DNA of 63,734 nucleotides, filler included, from Bonamia ostreae (Eukaryota): NCBI GenBank assembly GCA_040357525.1. It is 34 parts of 34 records of this genome, joined end to end, with 100 filler letters (N's around TTAATTAATTAA, not from the genome) between each part and the next. Parts side by side here need not be neighbours in the genome. Positions count along the whole stretch, not along the records: positions 61,973 to 63,734 come from JBDODL010001357.1; 33 more parts are not named here. One strand, 5' to 3'. Shown piece by piece: positions 62,241 to 63,734 of this stretch (position 1 is its first letter; each line of letters starts with the position of its first letter). The notes under the pieces were generated by a model. It saw only the letters and a program-made list of their open reading frames with translations, ran no database searches and was not told where the DNA came from. The position numbers and the translations under genes were made by a program.

Positions 62241-63294
62241 ATGAATAAAAACAGCAAAAAATTTAAAAACTTGATATTTTCAGAAAACGTTTCAAAGTCA
62301 AAAGGGGAAATGTTTTTTGTTGTGTGGAGCGTGTTAGTATTGATACTTCTAAGTTACATCATTGTCACTAAAAGATTTTTGTACTTTGAAGCGAACGATT
62401 ATATGAAAACAGGGCTGTTTCTGTTTATTCCGTGTGTGCTAATACCGCTTTTGTGCACAGAGAGACATTTGAAATGGCATCAAAAATATTCGACAAAAGC
62501 GAATTGTTTCTTTTTCATTCTTGCGTGGATTTCCAATTATTTCTGGACGAACTATTTTTACAGTGTTTTGGGCGTTTCGTATACTTTTCCGGCGTGGCGA
62601 TTTAATGACGTTTTTAAATTTGTTTTTGCAATTTTACGATTAATAATGTTTTAGTGATTTTTTATTGTCTTCGACTTTTACAAAAATTTTTGTTGCAATT
62701 TTATTATTGTTTGTCGATTTTAGATTTTTTGCGACTTTTTTGTAGATTTTTTTGTCAATTTTTTTTAATATTGCGACTTTTTCGTTAATTTCCGTCGATT
62801 TTTTTAAATTTTGTATAAAAATAACGACCATAAAAGGTTCCATTTTGCTTATATTTAATGTCGCATTCTTATTTTGCTTTCTACCACACCATCGCGACCC
62901 TTTCAATCAGAACATTTAGCAAGTTTGTTTCAAAGAACAAAGTTTTTTCCTTTGTCGTTATCATCCCTCTTTCATTAGTTTTGGCGTTTTTTGAAGCCTA
63001 TTCGCTCAAAAATGTTTTTTCGTTATTTCCAAATTTTTGAATCGTTAAAAACAAAAATTTTTCTGCTAAAAGTTTCCTTATTACTCATTCGAAAACGAGC
63101 GCAAAATGTACACTGTCGGAACTGTTTTCTATTCGATTTATTTTATCGTCACGTTCCCGGTTTTCTACAGAATCGACGAGAAAGTTGGCGAATGTTGGGC
63201 CCTCGAAACAGTGATAACAGAAGCGCTCGCCAGTTGCATGGCGATCTTCCAATTATTAGATTTCTGGAGACTTTTCATCGGAAAAATATATTAA
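62241..63294 (+). CDS. CPI1: Cycloeucalenol cycloisomerase (cyclopropylsterol isomerase); exons 62241-62609, 62837-63013, 63073-63294
   Basis: K..GE.FF, KAN......NYFWT.YFY.VLG.SYTFP.W..N.VP, F.FYH, FPYY.F..R..MY.VG..FY.IYFIV.FP.F.RIDE, LLDFWRL. Confidence 0.9.
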
Positions 63295-63388
63295 ATCGCA
63301 AAAATTGCTCTTAAAATACAAAAATTTTACGCCCAAAAATTTTAAGCGACTTTTAAATCGCACAAAAACAAAAATACTAAAATTTAAT

Positions 63389-63734
63389 TTACGATAAATC
63401 TCTTATAACACTGCAACTATGCGGCAAAAGCAATCTCTTTAAAGAAAGTGGGCATTTTCTTGAAATTGTATTTTCGTTTAGCTTCAAATTGTATTGAAAT
63501 GCAAAATTTTTGATCACCGCCAAAAATCGACTGCGAAAACGCGAATAGCCGACTTGGTTCACAGTCGACATTGCGACTTCGGAAGAAGGCAATTCCGCTG
63601 CGAAAACCATTAAAGCTTCCGTCGGCATTATGGCTCGAATGTTCATTCCTTTCGGCAATGTCGAACAAATCGATTCTTTTTGGATTCGAGAGCGCGTTTC
63701 TTCTAACTCTTCGAACAAACCAATTACAGATTTT
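63389..63734 (-). CDS. C-terminus of a protein with an HRDC-like domain (RecQ-helicase-like)
   Basis: LFEEL...R..I..E......I.P..AL...A..LP.....M....VG......FL.VI pattern. Confidence 0.5.
   Translation of the reverse strand, partial: KSVIGLFEELEETRSRIQKESICSTLPKGMNIRAIMPTEALMVFAAELPSSEVAMSTVNQVGYSRFRSRFLAVIKNFAFQYNLKLNENTISRKCPLSLKRLLLPHSCSVIRDLS

Overview
This window is not a contiguous locus. It is 34 unrelated contigs of 1790 to 1762 bp, sorted by decreasing length and joined by 100-bp artificial spacers (44 N + TTAATTAATTAA + 44 N), so adjacency is meaningful only inside a contig. Two eukaryotic sources are mixed. (1) About two thirds of the contigs come from a compact, AT-rich protist genome with many very short (mostly 19-30 nt) GT-AG introns and very short intergenic spaces. 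They encode coronin, AcpS, OGFOD1/Tpa1, SLX1, profilin, tRNA-Ile(AAT), DLST, Ku70, a PLD-type cardiolipin synthase, a mitochondrial carrier, RPB2, an RCC1-FYVE protein, an insulysin-like peptidase, a bacterial-type glucokinase, two SLC1/SDF transporters, ALG13, PUM3, GBF1, PPi-type PFK, an FBPase-like domain, PSMB2 and CPI1. (2) The rest are gene-poor, metazoan (bivalve-like) contigs with D8C, FN3 and mucin exons and oyster-like repeats. The combination suggests a mollusc-infecting protist (possibly an ascetosporean such as Bonamia) co-sequenced with its host; this is inference only. Best leads: a predicted spliced fusion of a Propionibacterium-type PPi-phosphofructokinase to a catalytically degenerate class I fructose-1,6-bisphosphatase domain; a 416-nt, highly structured intron in glucokinase that may hide an ncRNA; a likely non-GT 19-nt intron in AcpS; a divergent U2AF1-like protein; and a 24-bp bidirectional gene junction. 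Gene models were spliced by hand and family calls rest on recalled motifs, not database searches.
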